A stretch of 53,207 nt of DNA, the filler included, from Barthelona sp. PAP020 (Eukaryota), in assembly GCA_040182905.1 (NCBI GenBank). It is 2 parts of 2 records of this genome, joined end to end, with 100 filler letters (N's around TTAATTAATTAA, not from the genome) between each part and the next. Parts side by side here need not be neighbours in the genome. Positions count along the whole stretch, not along the records: positions 1 to 26,546 come from JARQWU010000135.1; positions 26,647 to 53,207 come from JARQWU010000136.1. One strand, 5' to 3'. Shown here in pieces: positions 22,612 to 32,912 of the stretch. Position 1 is the stretch's first letter. Each line of letters opens with the position of its first letter. A model generated the notes under the pieces. It worked only from the letters and a program-made list of their open reading frames with translations, searched no databases and was not told the DNA's origin. The position numbers and the translations under genes were made by a program.

Positions 22612-25600
22612 AACTACTAATAAGAAACTTTATTTTGCTTGAACTTGGGCTAGAAAAACGTTTACCGTACCAATTTATGGCTTGTTAGACCACAACTAGG
22701 TAGTTTTTTGAAGTTCACTTCTAGCAAAAAAGATGATTTCTGCGAGTGAGTACTTCCACCTAGGAAACAATACTTTTTGTTGGTAATTGTTAAGCCTAGC
22801 TCGGTATTCACCAATGAAATCAAGTGTATCTTGAGCGAATTTCCCATGTTCACTGATTGCTATGGGAATTACATTAGCAAATTTAGATAATTTGCGAGAA
22901 ACACCTTTTTGAATGTCAGAAACCACAGTGATATCATACATTTTAGTGTTTTTGGACACTTTATGAGTGATTTGAAGATCAGCTCTGGCTTCTTTAGCTT
23001 GTGGTTCACCATTGTGTATAGTATCTCCACAAGTTTTTGCTAGGGTTCTAAATTTCCATAAAATTTTATCATGTCTGATTCTTCTAATTCTTTTTTGATT
23101 TCTTGTGGAGTTTGGAATTGTTTTATTTGTGTTATCCGTCCACAATGAAACAAAAATTTCATCAGAGAGACATGAGCAATTTTCTGGTGGATTTAGAAAC
23201 GCTCTTTTTAATTCAGTAGTCTGAAAAAGTACTTGATCATTTAAACCAAAGTGTAATAAGGTTAAATATCTTTGTGTACCACCTTTAAGTTGACTACCAA
23301 ATTTGAATAAATGATTACTTTTTATTTTTAATTCATCTATTCTTTTTAATTGAATAATAACTTCTTTATGTGTTTCAATTTGATTTTCATCAGGTTGAAT
23401 ATGTTCAGATTCAATTAAATCATAAATTAAAGCTTTTCTTGCTATAGAATTAATGAGTATTGGATTTAAAATACCACACCCACCAAAAGCAAGAGGAGAT
23501 AATTTATTTTTAGGTATATTTAACCAATTTATGAAGCTATCAAAACTTTTTATTAATATATTTTTTGTTATATCATTAAGATTAACATTTTGAAGCCAAA
23601 ATTGATATTTTGGATAAATATACCTTCTGAACAACACATAAGCTTGATGTTTAGAACAGTTATTTTTCAATTGTGATAAATCTTTCTTAAAATCTTCTTC
23701 AAATTTATTAGAATTTACTTCTTTTAAATGAATAGGAGTTCCAAGAACAGAATCAACACTTTTTAAAATTTTGCATTTTGATTTATTTAATTTCAAACCT
23801 ATTGGTTCACTGAATTGTTCAACTGATTTATAAATATCTTTTATATTACCAGAAAAACCAGGTTTGATAACTAAATACACATCATCAAGATATGCAAAAA
23901 TTTTTATATCTTTGAATTGTTTATTTAATAAATCTAACACTTTATGCATTGCAATAGAAAATAATAAAGGACTTAATGCACCTCCTTGAGGTACACCACT
24001 ACCCATTTTGAAATTATATTTTCCATATTTTGCAATGGTGTGTTTACTTAATAAACAATCCAACTTACAACTGAGTGTGTTTTTATCAGTTTTCTCACAT
24101 TTTCAGTGATAACTGCACACCCATGCTTGATTCCAACACCATATTGGAATGAATTGATTTTGTTTAAACAACTCAATTTTATTCTTGAAAAAACCACCTT
24201 TTCAGCAATTTTTAGAAATAATGATCCAACAACAATGGGTCTAATACCCTTGTCTTTACGTAATGGAATCAATTTTCCAATTCTGAGTTGGTCTGGAATT
24301 TTTCCTTCAACAATTTGTTGAATATAATCAGTAAATAATATTTTAAACGTTTTATTTTGACATGCAGCTTGTAATAACATTACATTCCAGCCAAATACAT
24401 CAAGCGTTTCTTGTGATTTAATATTATTTATTGCAGAAAGAACTTCTTCTGTACTGATTATTGGAGTAATTCCAGTTATGGAAGCTTTTCGTATGATATC
24501 AAGGTCAGTAATGAACAGACGATTCATTTCTTTTTTGATGACCTCAATATCTGACTCGAGACCTTTCGATCTTAAGCAATTAGCTGCCAAACGGTATTTA
24601 CCTCTTTTTAATAGAGTTGTAGCGGAAGTTTGAGATCTTTTAGATCTCTTTTTGGATGATTTTCTGATGGATTTAGGATTTATATCTGTGTTATACAGAT
24701 TCTTCTTTAATTTTTCGGTTGTATCTCGGTTATTATCACCCCTTTGGAGGTATAGTGACGGTATATCCAAGATATTTTGATCACCACCAATTAAAGCTTC
24801 ACAACATCTTAATCCAAACAAGTTTACTGCATTTTTAGATACAGGAAGGTACTTTTTTGTGATTATTTTATCACTTTCCCAACCTCTTGTATCAATTTTA
24901 TTTCTATACAATTTTGATATTGTTTTAAAATCATTAATGTCTGCATGAACCAAACATTTATTATGAAAGTTGACAGTAATTGCATTTCCACACACTTTAC
25001 ATACATTATTGTTGTGTGTATTTCTTTCGTTTGGATTTGTTTCACTCTCATTACGATTATTGAGCGATATGTTGTTCACCTGGTTTTCTTTAACAAACAC
25101 CAGTATCCTAATTGTTCCATTTTTTCGATGTTTTAAATACCTATCAATTGACTCACACCATTGAACTTCTGTTTCCAATTTAGAAAAGTTCTTTTCAGGT
25201 GTATTTGAGTTCTTTTCAATATGTATAATCAGTTTATCCTCAATCATAATATTTTGCTGTAATAAAACTGAGTAATCTTTGACTGTTTTATATAAACTTG
25301 ATAACATACATGTAGCAGGTACTTTAAAGTCTATTGCATGTGTTAAACGTCCATTGAGAACGATTGGACAGGGTTTAAACATTCTCCCTGTTCCTGTTTT
25401 AAATTTCAAACACAGCTTCACCTTTGCATCGTCTTTAATATCCTTTATTTTATCTTCCTTTTCATTTTCAGTGATGATTGGTGATAGATCAGTTTGGTAA
25501 TCTATTTCTGTTTCATCACATGAACTTAAAATAAAATCAGACTCTTCCACAAGTGACTCTTCCTCTTCAATTATTGCATCTGTATCTTTTTCGGTTGCTT

Positions 25601-26450
25601 TTGTTTTATTTACTACTTCAGATTCAGATATTTCACAACTAGTTTCAGTGTCACTTGTTTTATCAGGAGTTTCGTCTTCTTTTTCCATCTCTGGAATGGG
25701 TGAGACTTCCTTTTCTTCCCAAATATTATCATTATGAACTATCGGCATGCTATCCATGTCTAAAACCCTGGCATTTAGGTGTTGACGACCTTCAAATGGT
25801 CCTCTTGTCTCACTAAGCATCTGGTTCGATGTTCGATGTTTCCAAATGGGAGAATATGGATTTATTCTCACTTCAAATTCAATTTCGGATCCAGAATCAG
25901 ATGATTCTCTCTCGCTATGATCTTCAGATGTTTCTCCTATTTCAGGAGTTCTCTTTAAATCATCTATTGAATTTGAGGATCGTGAATCTCCAGCTTTTTT
26001 GTCTTCACAATCATCTGTATTTTCAATGATGTCACCGTTATCAATTCTTCTTTTATTATGTCCATAATTTAGTAACATAAAGTTGATTAATTTATTGTTG
26101 TTCAATTTATTATTATGATTTAGGCGACTTTTAGAAAACATGTTTGTTCTTGACTTTTGGTTGTCATTTGTTTTTACCATTTCATCTCTAATGCTTTCTA
26201 TATCATTGCACATTAGATTGGTAAAGGAATCTTCATTTGTATCATCTTTTTGCTCCTCATTCACATTTGAATTTAAATTTTCCCGCCCATTTTTTAAATT
26301 TGAAACCATAGAATATGCTTCTACATTTGTTTCAGGGCTTAATGGAGTAAATTTTGATGATACATTTTGATTCACACAACCTTCTTCATAACTTATACCT
26401 TCTCTTGCAGAGTTACATATTTCATCATTCTCTACTAGGGCTAACTACTA
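22612..26450 (-). mobile_element. CRE-like non-LTR retrotransposon (RT + C-terminal restriction-like endonuclease), defective
   Basis: RT: KLIPLRKDKGIRPIVVG, QYGVGIKHGC, GVPQGGALSPLLF, FAYLDD, GLKLNKSKC, LGTPI, PLAFGGCGI. RLE: RHD...E...RAD...YDITV...K..K...IPIAISEHG. AATAAA and a TAGTAGT end near 22612-22632. The 5' boundary is uncertain. Confidence 0.85.
22696..26375 (-). pseudogene. Retrotransposon polyprotein split into ORFs 24048-26375 and 22696-24063
   Basis: Frameshift at ~24063 inside VVS/LD. The conserved xNAFN segment after this Asp and the following helix are missing before the GVPQG motif. Confidence 0.8.
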
Positions 26451-26546
26451 GGGCTATTTTAGATATTTACTAGACTCTTTTACAGTCATACTGGGACTTT
26501 TCTGGGAAAATTACATCAAAATTGTTGCTCTGTATTGAGTTTGGCC

Positions 26547-26646
26547 NNNNNNNNNNNNNNNNNNNNNNNNNNNNNNNNNNNNNNNNNNNNTTAATTAATT
26601 AANNNNNNNNNNNNNNNNNNNNNNNNNNNNNNNNNNNNNNNNNNNN
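26547..26646. other. Assembly gap with artificial TTAATTAATTAA linker
   Basis: 44 N + ttaattaattaa (26591-26602; stops in all six frames) + 44 N = exactly 100 nt. Confidence 0.97.
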
Positions 26647-27020
26647 AAAAATTTTGGAAAAATTTTCCATTCCTATTTTTTTGTATTTTTGCAAAAGCAA
26701 AATTTTAAAGTTTAAACTTTACCTCAGAAAATCTAAAGTTTTTCAACAGATCAATCAGGCCTCGAAAGTCTTTAACCAAATAAACACATTTCTTTCTTAT
26801 TCACTCATACGCACAGTGCTTCTTGGCTTGGAAATAAAAGGCCTGATTGATCTGTTTATATTTTTAATTTTTCAAAAATAATAGTCAAAACTTTAAAATT
26901 TTGCTTTTGTTAGATACAAAAAACAGGAGGAAAGAAAATTTTCCCAAAATTTTCACATTTGAGCGTCAAAAATTGAATTTCATTTCATCAATTTTCCCAA
27001 AGATCCTGGAATTCAGATTG
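26647..27020. mobile_element. Foldback/MITE-like element with long imperfect inverted arms (left arm cut by the gap)
   Basis: Perfect inverted pairs 26692-26713/26888-26909 (22 bp) and 26745-26762/26839-26856 (18 bp) around a 76-nt spacer. Related arms at 185-420, ~27530-27560 and 52570-52725. Confidence 0.8.
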
Positions 27021-27347
27021 AAATATGTTGGAATGAGTCTTCTGAGTTTTTTTTCTGTGTAAATATAGTTGTTTCCTCAACGTCTTTTTTGATGTTCTTT
27101 TATTCAAGTAGTTTGCAGCAAAGCAAACAAATTTCGCAAAAGAAACAATGTAAATGTGTTTAAGGTTTTTTCTTGCAATTTTTGATGTTAACAGACTCAT
27201 AGATTGAAAGATGAATGACAGTAAAAAATCAAATGACTCATAATAAGAAGAATGTAAGTCTAATCCCCACAAACCTAAAGTATTTCTGTTTTCTTCTTTT
27301 GAGGTTTCTAAACCATCCACGCAAAAGGAACCAGTTTTATATGCTTA

Positions 27348-27420
27348 CAAACTCTAATGAGGAACAATAAAGGTCTTTAAGCATATGTTCTTATGTCCTG
27401 TGAATTAACGGTGTATAATC
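27348..27420 (+). repeat. Dispersed repeat family C
   Basis: caaactctaa..gaacaataaaggtc..taagcat..tgtc.tgtgaa is shared with 51372-51429 and 51537-51597. Confidence 0.6.
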
Positions 27421-28059
27421 TTAATTTCGAAGCAGCCTAGATTAATCAAAAAAAAAAGTTCCCAAACAAAAATAATCCTTTTGCATATATATTCAATTAG
27501 GTTTGAGAAGCAAGAATTCAGAATATTTGATTTTAAAAGAAAGCAAAATTTTAAAGTTTGAAAGTTTGAAAGTTTTGTAAAACATTTGGGTTTTCAACTT
27601 AAAAACAGCATAAATATACTTTGCTCTTAAACTTCTTGTCCTTGATATTGACTGCACTGTTAGGGAATAATTTGGTCTAAAAAGCAGACAATCCAACCAA
27701 TTAGTTACCAACAGCAATAATTAAAAACAAATGTTGGTAGTCGAAATTAATTCTTGGTTTCATCAGTTTTTTTTGGTTGGGTGAAGCTTGAAAATCACAA
27801 AACAATTAAATTAGTTCTTTTCCTTTCGTAAGCTGAATTTTTTTGCCCAAAATAATATTCAGAAAAGAAAAATTTGCACACCCGTGATAATTCCCTACAG
27901 AAATACTATCAAATCAAAACAAATGTGGATTAAGGTTCAAACACAACAAGAACTGGAAAACTTATCAGGGATTTTTCACTTCTGTTCTGAAGAAGATTAG
28001 CTCAAAGTTGGCTTTAAAGTTTTCGATTTGACACAAACAACAAAATCAATCATAAATCT

Positions 28060-28242
28060 TTACAAAAGTGTGTAATTATGAAACATATGTCCAAACAAAG
28101 CAAGAACAGAACATTTCCTGCGCCTCCAATAGATAAATACTTGGAGCATAAACATACTGAACACCAATAGCACTATAATGAAATCATCTCTATTGTGAAA
28201 AGTTGAATGAAAGAGTATGAGGCTTGTTAAAAAGGAAAGCAC
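28060..28242 (-). pseudogene. C-terminal fragment of a CPBP/Abi (CAAX protease-like) membrane protein
   Basis: TSLILFHSTFH...VFIYWRRRKCSVLALFGHMFHN resembles the last two CPBP motifs (FxxxH; YxRxxS...HxxxN). No N-terminal ATG and no EExxxR motif. Begins 5 nt after the stop of the upstream gene. Confidence 0.45.
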
Positions 28243-28246
28243 TGGA

Positions 28247-31135
28247 TCAATTGTAGAATGGGTGCAGAAGTTCTAGAATTTGGGTATGACCGTTGGTTCG
28301 AGCAATATCTATTGGGGTCAATCCTTGATCAGTTTTGAGGTTGACATTGGCCCCATGATCCAGAAGCATTTTGACGATGACGAGATGTCCATGTTCACAA
28401 CTGCCATATAATGGAGAAGCACCATCGTTTCTACAGAAATTAACATCAGCCATATAACCCAAGAGCATTTTGGCAACATCATAATGACCTCTTTCACAAC
28501 TAATATATAATGGAGAATGACCATCATTCATATTTAAATTGATATCACCACCACAATCCAATAGCATTTTGGCAACATCAAGATGACCTTGTTGACAACT
28601 GATGAACAATGGAGAAGCACCCTCATTCACACACAAATTAATATCAGCCCCATGATCCAAGAGCATTTTAGCAACGTCAAAATGACCATTTTGACAACTG
28701 ATGTACAATGGAGAAGAACCATTGTTATTGCATGAACTAACATCAGCCCCATGATCCAAGAGCATTTCGGCAACATCAAGATGATCATTTTCACAACTAG
28801 CATGTAATGGAGACCATCCATACTCATTACACAAATTAACATCAGCTCCATGATCCAAGAGCATTTCGGCAACATCAAGATGACCATTTCGACAACTGAT
28901 GTACAATGGAGACCAACCATCATTTGTACACAAACCAACATCAGCCCCATGATCCAAGAGCATTTCGGCAACATCAAGATGATCATTTTCACAACTAGCA
29001 TGTAATGAAGACCATCCATACTCATTACACAAATTAACATCAGCTCCATGACCCAAGAGCATTTCGGCAACATCAAGATGACCATTGCAACAACTGATGT
29101 ACAATGAAGAGCGACCATCATTCGTACACAAACCAACATCAGCCCCATGATCCAAGAGCATTTTGGCGACATCAAGATGACCATTTTGACAACTACGATG
29201 TAATGGAGACCATCCATCATTCATACACAAACTAACATCAGCTTTATGATCCAAGAGCATTTTGGCGACATCAAGATGACCATTGTAACAACTGATGTAC
29301 AATGGAGAAGCACCATCATTCGTACACAAACTAACATCAACCCCATGATCCAAGAGCATTTCGGCAACATCAAGATGACCATTGTAACAACTACGATGTA
29401 ATGGAGACCATCCATCATTCATACACAAACTAACATCAGCTCCATGATCCAAGAGCATTTCGGCAACATCAAGATGACCATTGCAACAACTGATGTACAA
29501 TGAAGAGCGACCATCATTCGCACACAAACTAACATCAGCCCCATGATCCAAGAGCATTTCGGCAAAATCAAGATGACCATTGCAACAACTGATGTGCAAT
29601 GGAGAAGCACCATCATTCGCACACAAACTAACATCAGCCCCATGATCCAAGAGCATTTTGGCAAGGTCAAAATGACCTTTTTCACAACTGACGTACAATA
29701 GAGAAAATTCATCATTCGCACACAAACTAATATCAGCTCCATGATCCAAGAGCATTTCGGCAACATCAAGATGACCATTGTAACAACTGACATATAATGG
29801 AGAACAATCATCATTAGGACACAAATTAATATCAGCCCCATGATCCAAGAGCATTTCGGCAACATCAAGATGACCATTTTGACAACTAATGTACAATGGA
29901 GAAAATCCATCATTCACATATAAATTAACATCAGCCTTAAAATCCAACAAAAACTCAACAACGTTAATATGCCCATTGAAACAAGCTCCCCAAAGAGATG
30001 TCCTTCCTTCCTTTCCCTGTTTGTTCACATCCTCACCAGCTTTGATACACTGTTTAACAACCTCCAAATTCCCCTCCAATGCAGCCTGATAAATCTTCTT
30101 TGGAAGACCATTATCTTCAAATCCATCCACATCAAACCCATTTGGAACAAAAACTTGATCCATATCATGCTTAACATAAGGGCCAATCACACTTTGCATT
30201 GTGTCAACAAGCATCTTCAGATAATCCGTAATCAACTCGAATGACGGACGCTTGTTAGGATCTTTATCCAAACACAACTTTACAATACCATGACCAGGAA
30301 CCGAATCAATCATCTCGTCTGAATAGGGTAATTTCCCATTTAGCAAATTTCTATAAACTTTACGATCATCAATTCCCTCAAAAGGACAAACGGTTGTCAT
30401 TATATACAACATCATCACCGCAAACGCCCACACATCCACTGCCTTTCGATTAATTTCATCTTCGTTTTCCCAGGCGACAATTTCAGGAGCAATGTATGCA
30501 ACAGAACCCACCATGGAAACCATTGAAAAACTGTTGGCATTTTTTACAGTCCCAAAATCGCTCAAAGCTGGAATAAACTTCCCCCTTATCTTCCTCAAAA
30601 GAACGTTGTTAGGCTTCAGGTCACCATGAACTAAGCCGCATTCGTGACAGTAGTCCATTGTGGAAGCAACCTGCATGAGTATTGTCAGCTTTTCCATCAA
30701 CGAAAGGTTGGGTATTTCATGCTCAAGAACTGAATCACAAAATTCCATGACTATCCCAACCTTGCCATTCATTTTGGTTACGCCATGAATTTGACGAATG
30801 CAAGGATGATGCAGTGCCATTGGCACGCATTCTTTAAGAAAATCATGGTCTGTAGGCTTCTTGTGAAATAACTTAATTATGACAACAATCCCATATCTTT
30901 CAGCTGTGCATAAGAATCCAAATGCGCCTGTTGCAAAATGAGGGTCAAGTATCTTAATAGTAGATCCAAGAATTTCGGTGGGTTTCAGGGAATTCATAAT
31001 CTCTGTAAATGATTCTACATTGGGTACCCGATTTTTGCCTTTTGATCGCCAGTTTGCCACAAAAATTATATCCTTTTCTTTTTCCTTCCATTCAATTGTC
31101 TTTCTGAAGAATGGAACATCAGTGTTAACAACCAT
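28247..31135 (-). CDS. Protein kinase + ~19 ankyrin repeats, 962 aa
   Basis: FATGAFG, VIIK, KE, HGDLKPNN, LSDFG, GSVAYIAPE, DVWAF; 33-aa ankyrin repeats from ~30090 to the C-terminus. Intact ATG-TGA. Confidence 0.93.
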   Translation of the reverse strand: MVVNTDVPFFRKTIEWKEKEKDIIFVANWRSKGKNRVPNVESFTEIMNSLKPTEILGSTIKILDPHFATGAFGFLCTAERYGIVVIIKLFHKKPTDHDFLKECVPMALHHPCIRQIHGVTKMNGKVGIVMEFCDSVLEHEIPNLSLMEKLTILMQVASTMDYCHECGLVHGDLKPNNVLLRKIRGKFIPALSDFGTVKNANSFSMVSMVGSVAYIAPEIVAWENEDEINRKAVDVWAFAVMMLYIMTTVCPFEGIDDRKVYRNLLNGKLPYSDEMIDSVPGHGIVKLCLDKDPNKRPSFELITDYLKMLVDTMQSVIGPYVKHDMDQVFVPNGFDVDGFEDNGLPKKIYQAALEGNLEVVKQCIKAGEDVNKQGKEGRTSLWGACFNGHINVVEFLLDFKADVNLYVNDGFSPLYISCQNGHLDVAEMLLDHGADINLCPNDDCSPLYVSCYNGHLDVAEMLLDHGADISLCANDEFSLLYVSCEKGHFDLAKMLLDHGADVSLCANDGASPLHISCCNGHLDFAEMLLDHGADVSLCANDGRSSLYISCCNGHLDVAEMLLDHGADVSLCMNDGWSPLHRSCYNGHLDVAEMLLDHGVDVSLCTNDGASPLYISCYNGHLDVAKMLLDHKADVSLCMNDGWSPLHRSCQNGHLDVAKMLLDHGADVGLCTNDGRSSLYISCCNGHLDVAEMLLGHGADVNLCNEYGWSSLHASCENDHLDVAEMLLDHGADVGLCTNDGWSPLYISCRNGHLDVAEMLLDHGADVNLCNEYGWSPLHASCENDHLDVAEMLLDHGADVSSCNNNGSSPLYISCQNGHFDVAKMLLDHGADINLCVNEGASPLFISCQQGHLDVAKMLLDCGGDINLNMNDGHSPLYISCERGHYDVAKMLLGYMADVNFCRNDGASPLYGSCEHGHLVIVKMLLDHGANVNLKTDQGLTPIDIARTNGHTQILELLHPFYN
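28330..29915 (-). repeat. Coding tandem array of 99-nt ankyrin units with very high nucleotide identity
   Basis: catgatccaagagcattt(c/t)ggc(a/g)acatcaagatga recurs every 99 nt; two-unit (198-nt) periodicity in the centre. Confidence 0.95.
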
Positions 31136-32912
31136 CGTCTAAAAAAAAAAGGAATTTGAAAAAGCTAAAAATGAATTTGATCCTTTTAAAACTCTTCAAT
31201 ATTTTTCCAGGAACAATCAGTCAATGTTTTGGAGCAGCCATTGTTGAAGTGAGATGAAATATATTATTAGGCATCTGTGAGATATTTTATTCACTGTGTT
31301 CATCAATTCTTTGTTAGGATTTATTTTATCGAGTTTATACGGACAACTATGCCTTTAATATTGATTTAAATACCGTGAAGATGATGTTAGAAAATGATAA
31401 TTGCATCTTGTAATGACATTTGTTCGATTATTTGTATTAATTTTGTAAATCATCGTTTCAATGCATGTTTACACATTTTTCAGTGAAATTATTTCTTTGG
31501 TTGTATTTATAATCAAGGGATTCAAAACTTAAGCCAAAAACTCTCTTCTTTGTGTTGGTTAAAAAGTCCACTTGTTGTTTCTTCTTTATTGTACAATCTT
31601 TTCTTTTTCCTTTCCTTTCATATTGCAATATTCAGTGGTTGAAAATACGCCTACAAATTAGATTAATACTTTGTGGAATTGCATTTTCAATTTTTTTCAT
31701 AATGACAGTTTCTGAGATTAGGTACACCAAATTAACATCATTCAACATTTGTGAGGATTTAAATAATGTTTCATGTTGCACTTGTTGATTTTGATCAATT
31801 CCCATTTTCTGTCAAATTAGTTGGATAAGGGAGGCAATAGTGATGTTTAACAGAAAAATACTTTCAACCATAAGACTAAAAATAAAAATTGACATTGATA
31901 TTTTGCATTAATTTGCTATCATTGAAACTGATTCAACTGAAGGTTAAGTATGAAGTTTGTTCACATTAAACAGCCATTTTCAAAAGGAAAGGTGTTTAAA
32001 AAACATCTTACAAGTATCAATGTTACATAGACTTAGGAGTTGTTGATATCAACCTTTTTGGAAATGAAAAATGAATTTTTTTTGATAAAAAAACCAATCA
32101 ACTACTCCTTGTCGTATCATTTTCTTTATTGGACAATGAATTGAACTGTTTCAAAAAGCTAAAAAAGAAGTTGAAAATAGATTTATTGTTTTTCATTTTT
32201 TCATTTATCCATGTTCAACTTTCAACAAAATAGAAAGATCAAAACAATTAGAGAAAAAAACATTTCAAGAACAGTAGAAAAATAATTACAAAGCTAGAGG
32301 AAAACCATACCATAAAGAATGACATCCAAATCTTTTTTTGCAGCAAATCTAAATAATTTCTTTGAACATTAACCAAGTTTGCCATTAGGAAATTTACATT
32401 GAGAAGGTATTTTAAACAGATACCCTATTTAATTTCAAAAATTGAACACATGTTTGTTTTGCAAAATTTATATCTTGTTCAAAAGTCCACAACAATGTAC
32501 GGGATTTTTCACCACTAATTAAAAGAATGTTCTAAAATCTAAATAGAACTATTCAGTTAATTGTCAATGAACTCCATTTTTATATGATTAAACAATGGTA
32601 GATACTTTCAAATATTGCATGAACTTCATTCTCAAATATTCACCACAAAAATTAAAAGAAATTGGCATAAATTCCCCATAATAACCCATAATAACCCATT
32701 AATAATCGAATGGATTGAATGACTCCCAATGTAGTTAATCAAAAAAATGAAAGCAAAATTCTATTCCAAATAAATTTTGTAAATATTTGCACTGAACTGG
32801 TTTTTTCATCAAAAATTGACTTTGATGGAAATATTTGAATCTTTTGATTTAGGAAAAATTTGGAAATTTTTTGGCTTTGGATTCTTTTCTAAATTTTTTT
32901 CACCAGTTTAAA

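Noticed and set aside
26591..26602. Palindromic TTAATTAATTAA
   Set aside because: Centred in an exactly 100-nt N block; scaffolding linker, not biology.
28318..29913. M/V/L/C-rich alternative-frame ORFs (also 534-1331, 4049-4501, 5061-5330)
   Set aside because: Shadow frames of the ankyrin repeats.
28330..29915. Regular conserved/variable alternation resembling a CRISPR array or DGR template/variable repeats
   Set aside because: Units are in-frame 99-nt ankyrin codons, variation is not confined to adenines, there are no cas genes, and the nearby RT is a non-LTR type.
31460..31806. Stop-interrupted reading frames in intergenic DNA (also ~16600-16860, ~21150-21620, ~51640-51949)
   Set aside because: Probably gene relics, but I could not recognise any family, so they are not called.
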